DNA of 50,750 nucleotides. Source: a virus. A program made the translations under genes and the position numbers. Of the stretch, positions 27,568 to 34,568 are shown piece after piece (within the stretch, counting starts at the first letter, position 1; every line of letters starts with the position of its first letter). The stretch lies in IMG/VR virus record IMGVR_UViG_3300006654_000150, positions 1 through 50,750 of that record. One strand, written 5' to 3'. The notes below the pieces were generated by a model. That model had not been told where the DNA came from. It was given only the letters and a program-made list of their open reading frames with translations, and made no database searches.

Positions 27568-27986
27568 GCCGCCCCCTGATCCCGCTTAGGCCATTCGGGG
27601 CACGTAATTCCCAGCTTCTGGCCAAGGTGCCGCGACAGCACCTCATGGATGGCTGTAGGCTCAACGGTTGTGATCTCCGTCGTGCTGGTCTTCTCGGTCA
27701 TTGCCTTCTGGATGGGGCGCCACAGATGCTCCTTGACGTTTTCAGGCGTCCACGGCACCTCAACGTCCTCTCTCAGCGTCTTGCGCATATCCAGCCCTGC
27801 CTCATTAAGCGTGTCGGCCAGCCACTGGAAGAACAGGTGCATTGCGCCGTTCTGGGTGAGAGTTCGCTGCTTAGCTTTACGGCTGAACTTCATCTCCAGG
27901 TATCGGTTCTTCCGCCATTCTTCATCCAGCTTGCGGTGGGCTTCGGCCAGGCGAATCTCTGAATTGATGATGAGCGGGTCCATCAA
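27564..27986 (-). CDS. ninB: NinB-like recombination protein
   Basis: RTLTQNGAMHLFFQWLADTL parallels lambda NinB RSLDQNRKLWACLGDV. 140 aa. Lies in the nin region. Confidence 0.55.
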   Translation of the reverse strand: MMDPLIINSEIRLAEAHRKLDEEWRKNRYLEMKFSRKAKQRTLTQNGAMHLFFQWLADTLNEAGLDMRKTLREDVEVPWTPENVKEHLWRPIQKAMTEKTSTTEITTVEPTAIHEVLSRHLGQKLGITCPEWPKRDQGAA

Positions 27987-28198
27987 GCCACCTCCGGCCC
28001 AACAGGCCCGCTATCTGTGAGTTGATACCGCCGCCCATCCTCATGACGCACAGTGCGGCCCTCGTCCACCAGTTCATTCATGGCGCCCTGTGCCGCGTAT
28101 TCGGTCGTCCTGATGGCCCAGGCAATGCTGCCGATCAGTAGCGGCCCGCGCTGTTCCAGTACGCGGAGGATGTTGGCTTTCACGTTGGGGTCAGTCAC
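27983..28198 (-). CDS. Small winged-helix-like protein
   Basis: 71 aa. GTG start overlapping the upstream stop. Confidence 0.5.
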   Translation of the reverse strand: MTDPNVKANILRVLEQRGPLLIGSIAWAIRTTEYAAQGAMNELVDEGRTVRHEDGRRYQLTDSGPVGPEVA

Positions 28199-28382
28199 TT
28201 GTCACCTCCACAATCGTCACAGGCAGCCGCCAGGGCTCGAATGTCTCAATGTCCCGGCGTATCTGGTGTTCGCTTTCTCCCTGGCGGATCTCTCGGCGGG
28301 CGAGGAAGGTCGGGGAGTCGATGAAGAAGCTCTTAGCTTCCTTATGATCTACTGTGAGATTGTCGGGCAATGAGGCATTCAT
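28191..28382 (-). CDS. Hypothetical protein
   Basis: Start reassigned to ATG 28382 (MNASLPDN...), giving an ATGA overlap with the methylase stop. Confidence 0.5.
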   Translation of the reverse strand: MNASLPDNLTVDHKEAKSFFIDSPTFLARREIRQGESEHQIRRDIETFEPWRLPVTIVEVTSD

Positions 28383-30001
28383 GATTGACGCTCCGCTTTC
28401 AGGATAACCACGTCCACCGACGCACCACGGAACTGGTTTTCGTAGACTCGGGACCAAGTGAGGCTCATGCCAGGCAATACGTCTTTGCCCTTGGCGCTGG
28501 ACGGTAGGATCGCTACCATCCGCCCTCCCGGAGTAAGAACGGAGTAGGCAGCCTCTACGTGTGCCTGCCACCTACCTTGAGAAAATGGCGGGTTGCAAAT
28601 GACCCTGTTAAAGCGCCTATCCGTGCGGCTTGCCCACACCAAGAAGTCTGCTCGCTCCACATGATGACCTTTTGCCTCCAGCACTGAGCAGTGCAGCGGG
28701 CTAACTTCAACGCAGCACAGACTTTTCCCGCCGCCCATGTGGTCGGCAAGGTTGCCGGTGCCAGCTGAAGGCTCCAGACAGTCGTGCTCCGGGCCAATCT
28801 CTGCCATCTCCACCGCGTCCCGAGCGATACTCTCAGGCGTCGGGTAAAACTGATGGCTCTTATGGTCCGGAATGCAACCGCTGCACACAATTTCCTTGAT
28901 GATCGCGCCCGGCTCGTAGTCGAATTCAAACCACGCATAGGCGTTATGGCTCATCTTGACGCCGCCAAGCATTTCCAGAACCTTCTCTGTCTCGGCCACT
29001 ACGTGCTTGTCGTGCCCCGAGTGAGTGCCCAAGCGCAGCTTTCTCAGATTCAGCTTCGGTCGAGTAACAGGCCTGCCGTTCTCGTTGAGCTCTGGCTCGT
29101 CGTAAATGGGCTCGATGTCGTGAAGCGCATTCAGTACAGCGAACGGCAATGGTCTCTCCATCAGAGTGAATTCTTTCACCTTGCGCTTAGGCTTCTGACG
29201 GAACCGTGACGGAATGGCGGTCGGGTACAGGTGGTGCAGGACCTCATTCAGACGCCAGGCAATGTCCGGGTGAATCTCAAGGTGCGCGTTGCCGTTCAGG
29301 TAGCAGCGAATTCGCATCGCTCCGCCGTCTACTGTGACCCACTCCCCACGATGATTCTCCCGGGCAATCTCAACAACCCGATTACTGGCATTCCAGTCCG
29401 GCTCGTCCCGTCCCATAAACTTGGCAATCACTTGACGCAGGTCGTTGATGTGTCCGGTCTGCCCCCTTGAGTAGCTGCCCCAGTCGTTGGTGACACCGGA
29501 TAGAATCATGCGCTTGCCGAATCCTTCCGGCTGGTTGGTGATGTGAGTCTTGCTCAGGGCGCGGAATATGCCGTCTACCTTCTCGGCCAGAAAGTCCATG
29601 CGAGCGGCCAGCATTTCTGCCAGGGTGGCCCGCACCGTGGATTCCTCGAAGTCCGGCGTTTCCATCTTCTGGATACTGTCAAACCATTCTTCACGGCGCT
29701 TGGATGGCATGAAGTCGAGAACGTCGGTCAGTTCCAGCGATTCGCGCCAGTACCGGGCATTAAGTGCAGCGACACCCTGTTCCAGTTTGAAGCTGGGAGT
29801 TGAGCCCGCCCGGTGATCCTTGCGCCGTGCAGCGTCCTCGAAATAGCCTACAACCGACTTAAAGTCATCGCCGGACAGATACTCAACAACCCGCTCCATG
29901 CGTTGACGCTCGGCGCGGTACCGGCCCACTAATCCATCGACCATATCGGTGTTGGCTGGCGCAAAGAACTGTTCGTCGTTTACTTGCAGCGCTGCGTTCA
30001 C
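28379..30001 (-). CDS. N6-adenine DNA methyltransferase with a large N-terminal DUF4942-like domain
   Basis: The C-terminal 180 aa carry FYPTP, EPSAGTG (SAM motif I) and NPPF (motif IV). No restriction partner is present. Confidence 0.8.
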   Translation of the reverse strand: MNAALQVNDEQFFAPANTDMVDGLVGRYRAERQRMERVVEYLSGDDFKSVVGYFEDAARRKDHRAGSTPSFKLEQGVAALNARYWRESLELTDVLDFMPSKRREEWFDSIQKMETPDFEESTVRATLAEMLAARMDFLAEKVDGIFRALSKTHITNQPEGFGKRMILSGVTNDWGSYSRGQTGHINDLRQVIAKFMGRDEPDWNASNRVVEIARENHRGEWVTVDGGAMRIRCYLNGNAHLEIHPDIAWRLNEVLHHLYPTAIPSRFRQKPKRKVKEFTLMERPLPFAVLNALHDIEPIYDEPELNENGRPVTRPKLNLRKLRLGTHSGHDKHVVAETEKVLEMLGGVKMSHNAYAWFEFDYEPGAIIKEIVCSGCIPDHKSHQFYPTPESIARDAVEMAEIGPEHDCLEPSAGTGNLADHMGGGKSLCCVEVSPLHCSVLEAKGHHVERADFLVWASRTDRRFNRVICNPPFSQGRWQAHVEAAYSVLTPGGRMVAILPSSAKGKDVLPGMSLTWSRVYENQFRGASVDVVILKAERQS

Positions 30002-30032
30002 ACCCCACCCCCAAACCTAAGCAACATTGAGT

Positions 30033-30359
30033 TCATAGCGATTCCACCTCATCCCCGATACGAAGCACCTCAACGCCTACTGACCGGAGCGCTTCCTTGC
30101 ATGGTTCGCAGGCATAGCTGTGGCCTTCCAGTTCAGCCCGGATGCCTTTTCGGCCATGCAGATTCATCACAGCCACCTGCTCGGCATGGCCTGCCTGTTG
30201 GCAGACTTCCTGGCACAAGCGATACCCCTCTCCGGTCTGGTAGCCGCGAGCATCGCGCGGGCAGATCGATTGAGGATTGCGGCAGTAGTTCTCTCCGGTG
30301 ACCACATGGCCGTTAGAGGCTTCGATGTGGCAGATCACTCTGTGCTTTGCGCAGGTCAT
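30033..30359 (-). CDS. CMP/dCMP-type zinc deaminase fold protein
   Basis: GHAEQVAV plus YACEPCKEAL (HAE ... CxxC/PC zinc ligands). 108 aa, shorter than typical dCMP deaminases. Confidence 0.65.
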   Translation of the reverse strand: MTCAKHRVICHIEASNGHVVTGENYCRNPQSICPRDARGYQTGEGYRLCQEVCQQAGHAEQVAVMNLHGRKGIRAELEGHSYACEPCKEALRSVGVEVLRIGDEVESL

Positions 30360-31276
30360 GCGGCGTCACTCCCTTCCAGCCAGTTCGGTGAATGCTGCTG
30401 CTGCCACCAGAGAAACTTGTCCGTTTCCAATGGCTTTAAGTCGGTCCACCCGATAGGCCAGCCCATTAACCACTCGACCCACTGCGGGTTCAGCGCCCCA
30501 CCATCCGAGGCCATCACCGCATGATCCAGCCTGTCGTTCTCCCGGGACTTGCCAGACTTGCGAGTCAGGGATGCAGGGCTGCTGCCTTTGTGCATGGAGG
30601 CGACTGGCGTTGGCCAGTTCTTTACTGCTGTTGCCAGTCCGTCCCCGCTCGTCTTGCTCGCGCCCTTGCGGTTGTAGTTGTCGCATACTGTAGGTGTCGG
30701 CCATGTAACCACTGCTGATTCCAGGCTGGGACTTCGCCTTGCGCGCTCCGACGGGCAGTCTCCCCGCACTGATGCCTTTGGCGTAGGCCACAATCCAGAT
30801 TCTGTCCCGCTGGTGCGGAGCGCCAACATCGGCTGCACCCAGCACTCCCCATTGAGCATCAAACCCCAGCGCGGCCAGGTCTCCGAGTACAAGTCCCAAT
30901 CCCCGAGAAGTGAGAACTGGGGAGTTCTCCACGTAGACGTATCGGGGTCGTACTTCGCCAATGATTCGAGCGAACTCAGACCAAAGGCCGGATCTTGCAC
31001 CGCTGATTCCTTCGCCTCGCCCGGCTGCAGATATGTCCTGGCAGGGAAACCCTCCAGAAATGACATCAACACGGCCTCGCCATGCTGTTCCGTCAAAAGT
31101 CGTAACGTCGGACCAAATTGGGAAAGGCGCGAGGCATCCATCATTTTGTCGTTGCGCCAGAACCCCTGCGGCGTAGGCATCACGCTCCACTGCGCAGATT
31201 GTTCGCCATCCGAGTAAGTGGCCTCCGAGGATTCCGCCTCCGGCTCCGGCGAACAGGGCAAGTTCACGGAGTCCAT
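30356..31276 (-). CDS. Second ORF in the +1 frame, overlapping the whole dcm gene (possible overprinted gene or frameshift isoform)
   Basis: 306 codons from the first ATG. Three WPTP repeats, and it ends LNPQWVEWLMGWPIGWTDL. Its TGA forms an ATGA with the deaminase start. See the first finding. Confidence 0.4.
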   Translation of the reverse strand: MDSVNLPCSPEPEAESSEATYSDGEQSAQWSVMPTPQGFWRNDKMMDASRLSQFGPTLRLLTEQHGEAVLMSFLEGFPARTYLQPGEAKESAVQDPAFGLSSLESLAKYDPDTSTWRTPQFSLLGDWDLYSETWPRWGLMLNGECWVQPMLALRTSGTESGLWPTPKASVRGDCPSERARRSPSLESAVVTWPTPTVCDNYNRKGASKTSGDGLATAVKNWPTPVASMHKGSSPASLTRKSGKSRENDRLDHAVMASDGGALNPQWVEWLMGWPIGWTDLKPLETDKFLWWQQQHSPNWLEGSDAA

Positions 31277-31298
31277 CAGTGCTTTGCTGAATAGCCAT
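30366..31298 (-). CDS. dcm: DNA (cytosine-5)-methyltransferase
   Basis: Motifs I FAGAGGG, IV GGFPCQDIS, VI ENSP, VIII QRDRIW, X RVDRLKAIGNGQV. Start reassigned to ATG 31298. Confidence 0.9.
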   Translation of the reverse strand: MAIQQSTDGLRELALFAGAGGGILGGHLLGWRTICAVERDAYAAGVLAQRQNDGCLAPFPIWSDVTTFDGTAWRGRVDVISGGFPCQDISAAGRGEGISGARSGLWSEFARIIGEVRPRYVYVENSPVLTSRGLGLVLGDLAALGFDAQWGVLGAADVGAPHQRDRIWIVAYAKGISAGRLPVGARKAKSQPGISSGYMADTYSMRQLQPQGREQDERGRTGNSSKELANASRLHAQRQQPCIPDSQVWQVPGERQAGSCGDGLGWWGAEPAVGRVVNGLAYRVDRLKAIGNGQVSLVAAAAFTELAGRE

Positions 31299-31299
31299 G

Positions 31300-31488
31300 T
31301 CACACCCCACCCCCAAACCCAGACCAAGCCTCATTCCGTGGCCTATCCTCAAACCACGAATCCCGGCTCTTTGGCTCAAGTGCCATCTGATAGCGAGCCC
31401 TAGTGCAGGCGAATACTTCTGTCTCAGTGCGATGGAATCCGTGCTCTGAGATTGGTAGGCGGCGTTGGCAGCCGGTGCACTGGTTCAT
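31300..31488 (-). CDS. Small Cys-containing protein
   Basis: 62 aa. ATGA overlap upstream, and its stop is 1 nt before the dcm ATG. N-terminal CTGC. Confidence 0.5.
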   Translation of the reverse strand: MNQCTGCQRRLPISEHGFHRTETEVFACTRARYQMALEPKSRDSWFEDRPRNEAWSGFGGGV

Positions 31489-31802
31489 GCGGACACCTCC
31501 CGATCTGCCATATACTCCAAGTGCGCGGCTATGCTGCTCTTTGAAAGACCGTACTGCCTCCCGAGCCTATGCATAGACAACTCAGCGGCTTCGGACTTCA
31601 AACGGTCGCGCTCTGATATACATGCGCGGATAATTCGCTGTTCATCCTCCGGCACGGATACCGGCATGTGATTGGCGATCTTGGCAATGGTCCGCTCGCT
31701 GCACTCAAACTTGACGGCAAGGCTCGCGTTCGACAGCTCTTTGGCCTGCAGGCGCAACTTTCGGCCCTTGCGGTACTGGCGGCATATTTCGTTAAGGCTC
31801 AT
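31485..31802 (-). CDS. HTH-type small regulator / DNA-binding protein
   Basis: 105 aa with two HTH-like segments (SERTIAKIAN, LSKSSIAAHL). Confidence 0.5.
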   Translation of the reverse strand: MSLNEICRQYRKGRKLRLQAKELSNASLAVKFECSERTIAKIANHMPVSVPEDEQRIIRACISERDRLKSEAAELSMHRLGRQYGLSKSSIAAHLEYMADREVSA

Positions 31803-31954
31803 TGCGCACCTCCGGCAACCATTTCCTTTAATGCTGAAAGCCGCTTTTTTGCCTGCTCTTTGCTGGTTCGATTAAGGCGCACACCGCTGTCACTCCGATA
31901 GCAAGACCGGTCGCAGTTTGTGCAATTGCAATCAGGACGCTTGTTCGGCTTCAT
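31799..31954 (-). CDS. Small Cys-rich protein (51 aa, not in the ORF track)
   Basis: MKPNKRPDCNCTNCDRSCYRS... with ATGA overlaps at both ends. Confidence 0.45.
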   Translation of the reverse strand: MKPNKRPDCNCTNCDRSCYRSDSGVRLNRTSKEQAKKRLSALKEMVAGGAQ

Positions 31955-32622
31955 GAAGCACCTCCGATACGCTTAACTTCACGGTCCAGCGATTCCAGAA
32001 ACGTCTGCGTACTGTCGCGTGTGATCTGCGCAACACCCTGATCGCCGCCGCCCTGGTAGACTTGCCTGGCCTTCTCGGGGTCGCCGATCAGTGCCGGCTC
32101 ATCCTTGGCGCGCCCACGGAGAAACCCGGATGCTTGGCTGTTCTGGTGCTCACAGGTGCCAAGCAGCTTGCGAGGGAATGACTCGGGGGGCTGGACGGTG
32201 AAGCCCTGGTACAACTTCAGGAAGTGATTCTGAAGGAACGGATACTCGTCGTTCTCCGTCATGGAGACTTTGACCCAACCGCCCAGGCGCTCTATCGCGG
32301 CATGGATTCTCGGATCATCGAACACGACTGACCGGTAGTTGCCGACGCAACGCACGGCGTAATCCACCTTTGCCCAAGCCTCACCGGCAGCAGACTGGCT
32401 ATTGCCGGAAATGTGCTTGATAACATCGGCAGGCTTCGGGGCGAACTGGCCTGAGTCGGGATTCTTGACATGGCCCGACAAGCCGGTGCGGATATCTTTG
32501 AGGCTGTAGGCGCTCAAGGCACTGAACACCACGTCAAGCATGGCGTCGGATACTTGCTTCCCGTAGACGGCATAGGCTGCTGTCCAGATTTCAGCGAACT
32601 GTGCGCGATCATTCTTGGTCAT
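31951..32622 (-). CDS. Replication-associated protein (lambda P position)
   Basis: ATG 32622 lies 8 nt after GGGAGG. Follows the DUF1376-type initiator. Positional call. Confidence 0.5.
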   Translation of the reverse strand: MTKNDRAQFAEIWTAAYAVYGKQVSDAMLDVVFSALSAYSLKDIRTGLSGHVKNPDSGQFAPKPADVIKHISGNSQSAAGEAWAKVDYAVRCVGNYRSVVFDDPRIHAAIERLGGWVKVSMTENDEYPFLQNHFLKLYQGFTVQPPESFPRKLLGTCEHQNSQASGFLRGRAKDEPALIGDPEKARQVYQGGGDQGVAQITRDSTQTFLESLDREVKRIGGAS

Positions 32623-33454
32623 AACAATCACCTCCCGCTGCCCAGCGGCGAGCCACTTCCCGGTTGTGATCCTCTACGGAGGGGCGTCCAGCAAAGCGGC
32701 TTGTACCGTCCACCAGGTTGGATATCGGCAAAGGTGCGTCCAACTGCCCGATGTACTGGTTGAACTTCTCGGCATTGAACAGGGTGGCGGGCCTGAGATA
32801 TTGAGACATACCCGGATTGCTTGCCCATTCCTTGCATTTGCGATCAATGACTGCTTTGAAGTCAGCAAGCGTTGCCCCCTCCTTCGCCCTGGCCAGGATC
32901 AGTTTTGTGTTGGTTGGGGCTGATCGGAAATTGCGGCCTGCTTTCGAGTTGAGGTATTCGATAACTTCAGCGGAAATGTCTGGTGCGGCTTCAGTCGCAC
33001 AAGGTTGTTTCTTTGTATCTGTATCTGTATCTGTATCTGTATCTGTATCTGTATCTGTATGGGAACCTGTCCGCATGTCCGTCTGTTCTGCGTTCGCACT
33101 GCGTTCGCATGGTGTCGGCTCATCAGGCGTAGGCTTATGTCGCTTTTCGGCTGCTTTCCTTGCTGATTCTGACTTTGACTTGACCTTATCCAGATCCTTA
33201 TCGAGTCGATTGTGGAACCAGTAGCCATCCTTAATGACAAAAAATTCTTCCAGCGCAGGCCGTAGCTCCTGCCAATGTTCTGCGGACGTTCTGCAAACGC
33301 ATTGCAAACGCTGGTCGTTATCCGGCAGCGGCTTACCTGTCTGCCAGTAGTTCATAATGAGAAGCAGGTACGCGCCATGCTGATCGACATTCAAGTGCAT
33401 GGTGTCGGCCAGGTAATCGGCAACATACAGCTGCATGTATGGAAGTGCTGCCAT
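32609..33454 (-). CDS. Replication initiator-like protein (DUF1376/YdaU N-domain plus conserved phage C-terminal domain)
   Basis: N-domain: PYMQLYVADYLADTMHLNVDQHGAYLLLIMNYW. C-domain: VIEYLNSKAGRNFR...MSQYLRPATLFNAEKFNQY. The two are joined by a (TD)7 linker. Confidence 0.75.
   Translation of the reverse strand: MAALPYMQLYVADYLADTMHLNVDQHGAYLLLIMNYWQTGKPLPDNDQRLQCVCRTSAEHWQELRPALEEFFVIKDGYWFHNRLDKDLDKVKSKSESARKAAEKRHKPTPDEPTPCERSANAEQTDMRTGSHTDTDTDTDTDTDTDTKKQPCATEAAPDISAEVIEYLNSKAGRNFRSAPTNTKLILARAKEGATLADFKAVIDRKCKEWASNPGMSQYLRPATLFNAEKFNQYIGQLDAPLPISNLVDGTSRFAGRPSVEDHNREVARRWAAGGDCYDQE
33015..33060. repeat. Hexanucleotide microsatellite (GTATCT)x7.7
   Basis: Perfect tandem copies that encode the (TD)7 linker of the initiator gene on the minus strand. 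Confidence 0.95.
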
Positions 33455-33456
33455 GG

Positions 33457-33726
33457 TTACTGATCCTCCGGGTCGAAGTGCATAAGGTGCGAACCGGAAA
33501 CAACCCGACCATCCATCTCTTCGATAATATTTAGAATGTCGGTTTCGTTTTCATCGAGTGCCGTGGCAATGTCTTCCGGCATGGTCTGAAGATCACCGTC
33601 TGGAGTCGCGTCTTCGTAAAGCAGCAGGTAAACCGCGTACACGAGGCTGACAGGCGACTGACTCTTGCGAGCGATGGTCCGCCAAACGGGGTCTGTTAGC
33701 TTGAATCCTGGGAATATTTGGTTCAT
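33457..33726 (-). CDS. Hypothetical acidic protein
   Basis: 89 aa. AGAGGT RBS. First ORF after the non-coding gap. Confidence 0.55.
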   Translation of the reverse strand: MNQIFPGFKLTDPVWRTIARKSQSPVSLVYAVYLLLYEDATPDGDLQTMPEDIATALDENETDILNIIEEMDGRVVSGSHLMHFDPEDQ

Positions 33727-34000
33727 GATTACCTCTATCGTTTGATTTGAACCCCGGTAGGCTGTGGCGGCCCGCGATCCGGGGTTTTCTCGTTTATGTC
33801 AGGCCACTTTTCCGTCATGGCCCAGGACGACTACTTAATAAGGTGTCCGTTTGACGGTTACATGGCTGCCCTCCCCTATCCGGTTGAAATCAGACTCATG
33901 TTCAAATCGGCTTCCGCCGTCACCGCCAAAGGGCCAGTTTTAAGCCATGGTCCAGGGCTACAAGTTCGCAACCATCGTTGCTGTGATGCTTACTGCTCGC

Positions 34001-34139
34001 ATCTGGGAGGGCTCTGACCGGACTCGAACCGGCGCAACGCCATGACGCCCGAGGATGCTGTAGGCCATGACCCCACTGCAGCGCCTCGCTCCTGTCCTGC
34101 AGGCGGTCTAACCAACTGACCCACAGAACCCTCCCAGAT
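34001..34139 (-). ncRNA. tRNA-like structured RNA candidate (canonical D-arm and T-arm, 16-bp terminal helix, 71-nt non-canonical centre)
   Basis: On the minus strand a 16-bp helix forms between 34124..34139 and 34001..34016, with one U-G pair that would be A-C on the other strand. A 2-nt linker leads to the D-arm GGUC-AGUUGGUUA-GACC (34105..34121). The T-arm GCCGG-UUCGAGU-CCGGU (34017..34033) abuts the helix. Confidence 0.45.
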
Positions 34140-34254
34140 GCGCCCTGCTCCCAGGGCAAACACTGTTAATCTGTTTCCCGGCACTGGCTGAATAACCAGT
34201 ATTTTTTCCCCACTTATAGCGATTACTAAGAATCGCGTTCCGGGTAATCTGTAC

Positions 34255-34485
34255 TCATGCGCAGTCTTTGAATTCAAAAGTGCTGCTTAAATGGCCGCGA
34301 CTAACGAGAGCCAAGTAGACCCGCTCAACACGCGTAGCAGTTGGGTTCTGAACGTCCCCGCTAACCATCTTTGAAAGAGTGAAGTAGGAAACGTCGGCCT
34401 CTCTGGCGATGTCCGTCCAGTCACCCTTGGCGGCCAGCAATCCGTTCACGACAGCTTGAACAAGTCTGCTTTTCATATGGCTCAT
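34255..34485 (-). CDS. Cro-like small HTH regulator, first gene of the minus-strand early operon
   Basis: 76 aa. HTH segment: WTDIAREADVSYFTLSKMVSG. Divergent from the repressor gene across a 65-83 bp operator region. Confidence 0.65.
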   Translation of the reverse strand: MSHMKSRLVQAVVNGLLAAKGDWTDIAREADVSYFTLSKMVSGDVQNPTATRVERVYLALVSRGHLSSTFEFKDCA

Positions 34486-34488
34486 CTC

Positions 34489-34502
34489 AGTAATTTGTTA
34501 CT
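34489..34502. promoter_or_regulatory. Operator OR1-like site AGTAATTTGTTACT
   Basis: 14-bp AGTA-N6-TACT site, the same pattern as the two sites at pL. Lies between the pR -10 and the cro-like ATG. Confidence 0.6.
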
Positions 34503-34505
34503 AAG

Positions 34506-34533
34506 CATATAGGAAACACATTACTGGCTGCAA
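34506..34533 (-). promoter_or_regulatory. Early rightward promoter candidate (pR-like)
   Basis: Minus strand reads TTGCAG-N16-TATATG, interleaved with the operator sites. Confidence 0.45.
34512..34525. promoter_or_regulatory. Degenerate operator OR2-like site GGAAACACATTACT
   Basis: Only the right half-site is conserved. Starts 23 bp after OR1. Confidence 0.35.
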
Positions 34534-34546
34534 GTAATAAAATACG
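34533..34546. promoter_or_regulatory. Operator OR3-like site AGTAATAAAATACG
   Basis: Keeps the AGTA-N6-TAC ends of the operator pattern (last base G instead of T). Overlaps a TAAAAT hexamer facing the repressor gene. Confidence 0.5.
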
Positions 34547-34568
34547 CGTTATGGATAGGAGAATCCCG

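Noticed and set aside
30800-31298. The N-terminal half of frame B taken as an independent, separately initiated gene
   Set aside because: There is no Shine-Dalgarno sequence before ATG 31276, and the track start at 31327 is a TTG. The motif-like strings in this half (EGFPARTY and others) are the expected +1 echo of conserved methylase motifs. Only the central and C-terminal part of frame B gives evidence that the echo does not explain, so the ORF is reported as a hypothesis and not as an accepted gene.
33015-33060. Tandem repeat considered as a CRISPR or iteron array
   Set aside because: The 6-bp units are contiguous with no spacers and are translated in frame as a (TD)7 linker. There are no cas genes, and the period does not match helical phasing for iterons.
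33796-34017. 73-aa plus-strand ORF in the non-coding gap
   Set aside because: It has no RBS and runs opposite to the operon. Its 3' end is simply the antisense of the tRNA-like T-arm and helix, and its composition is unconvincing.
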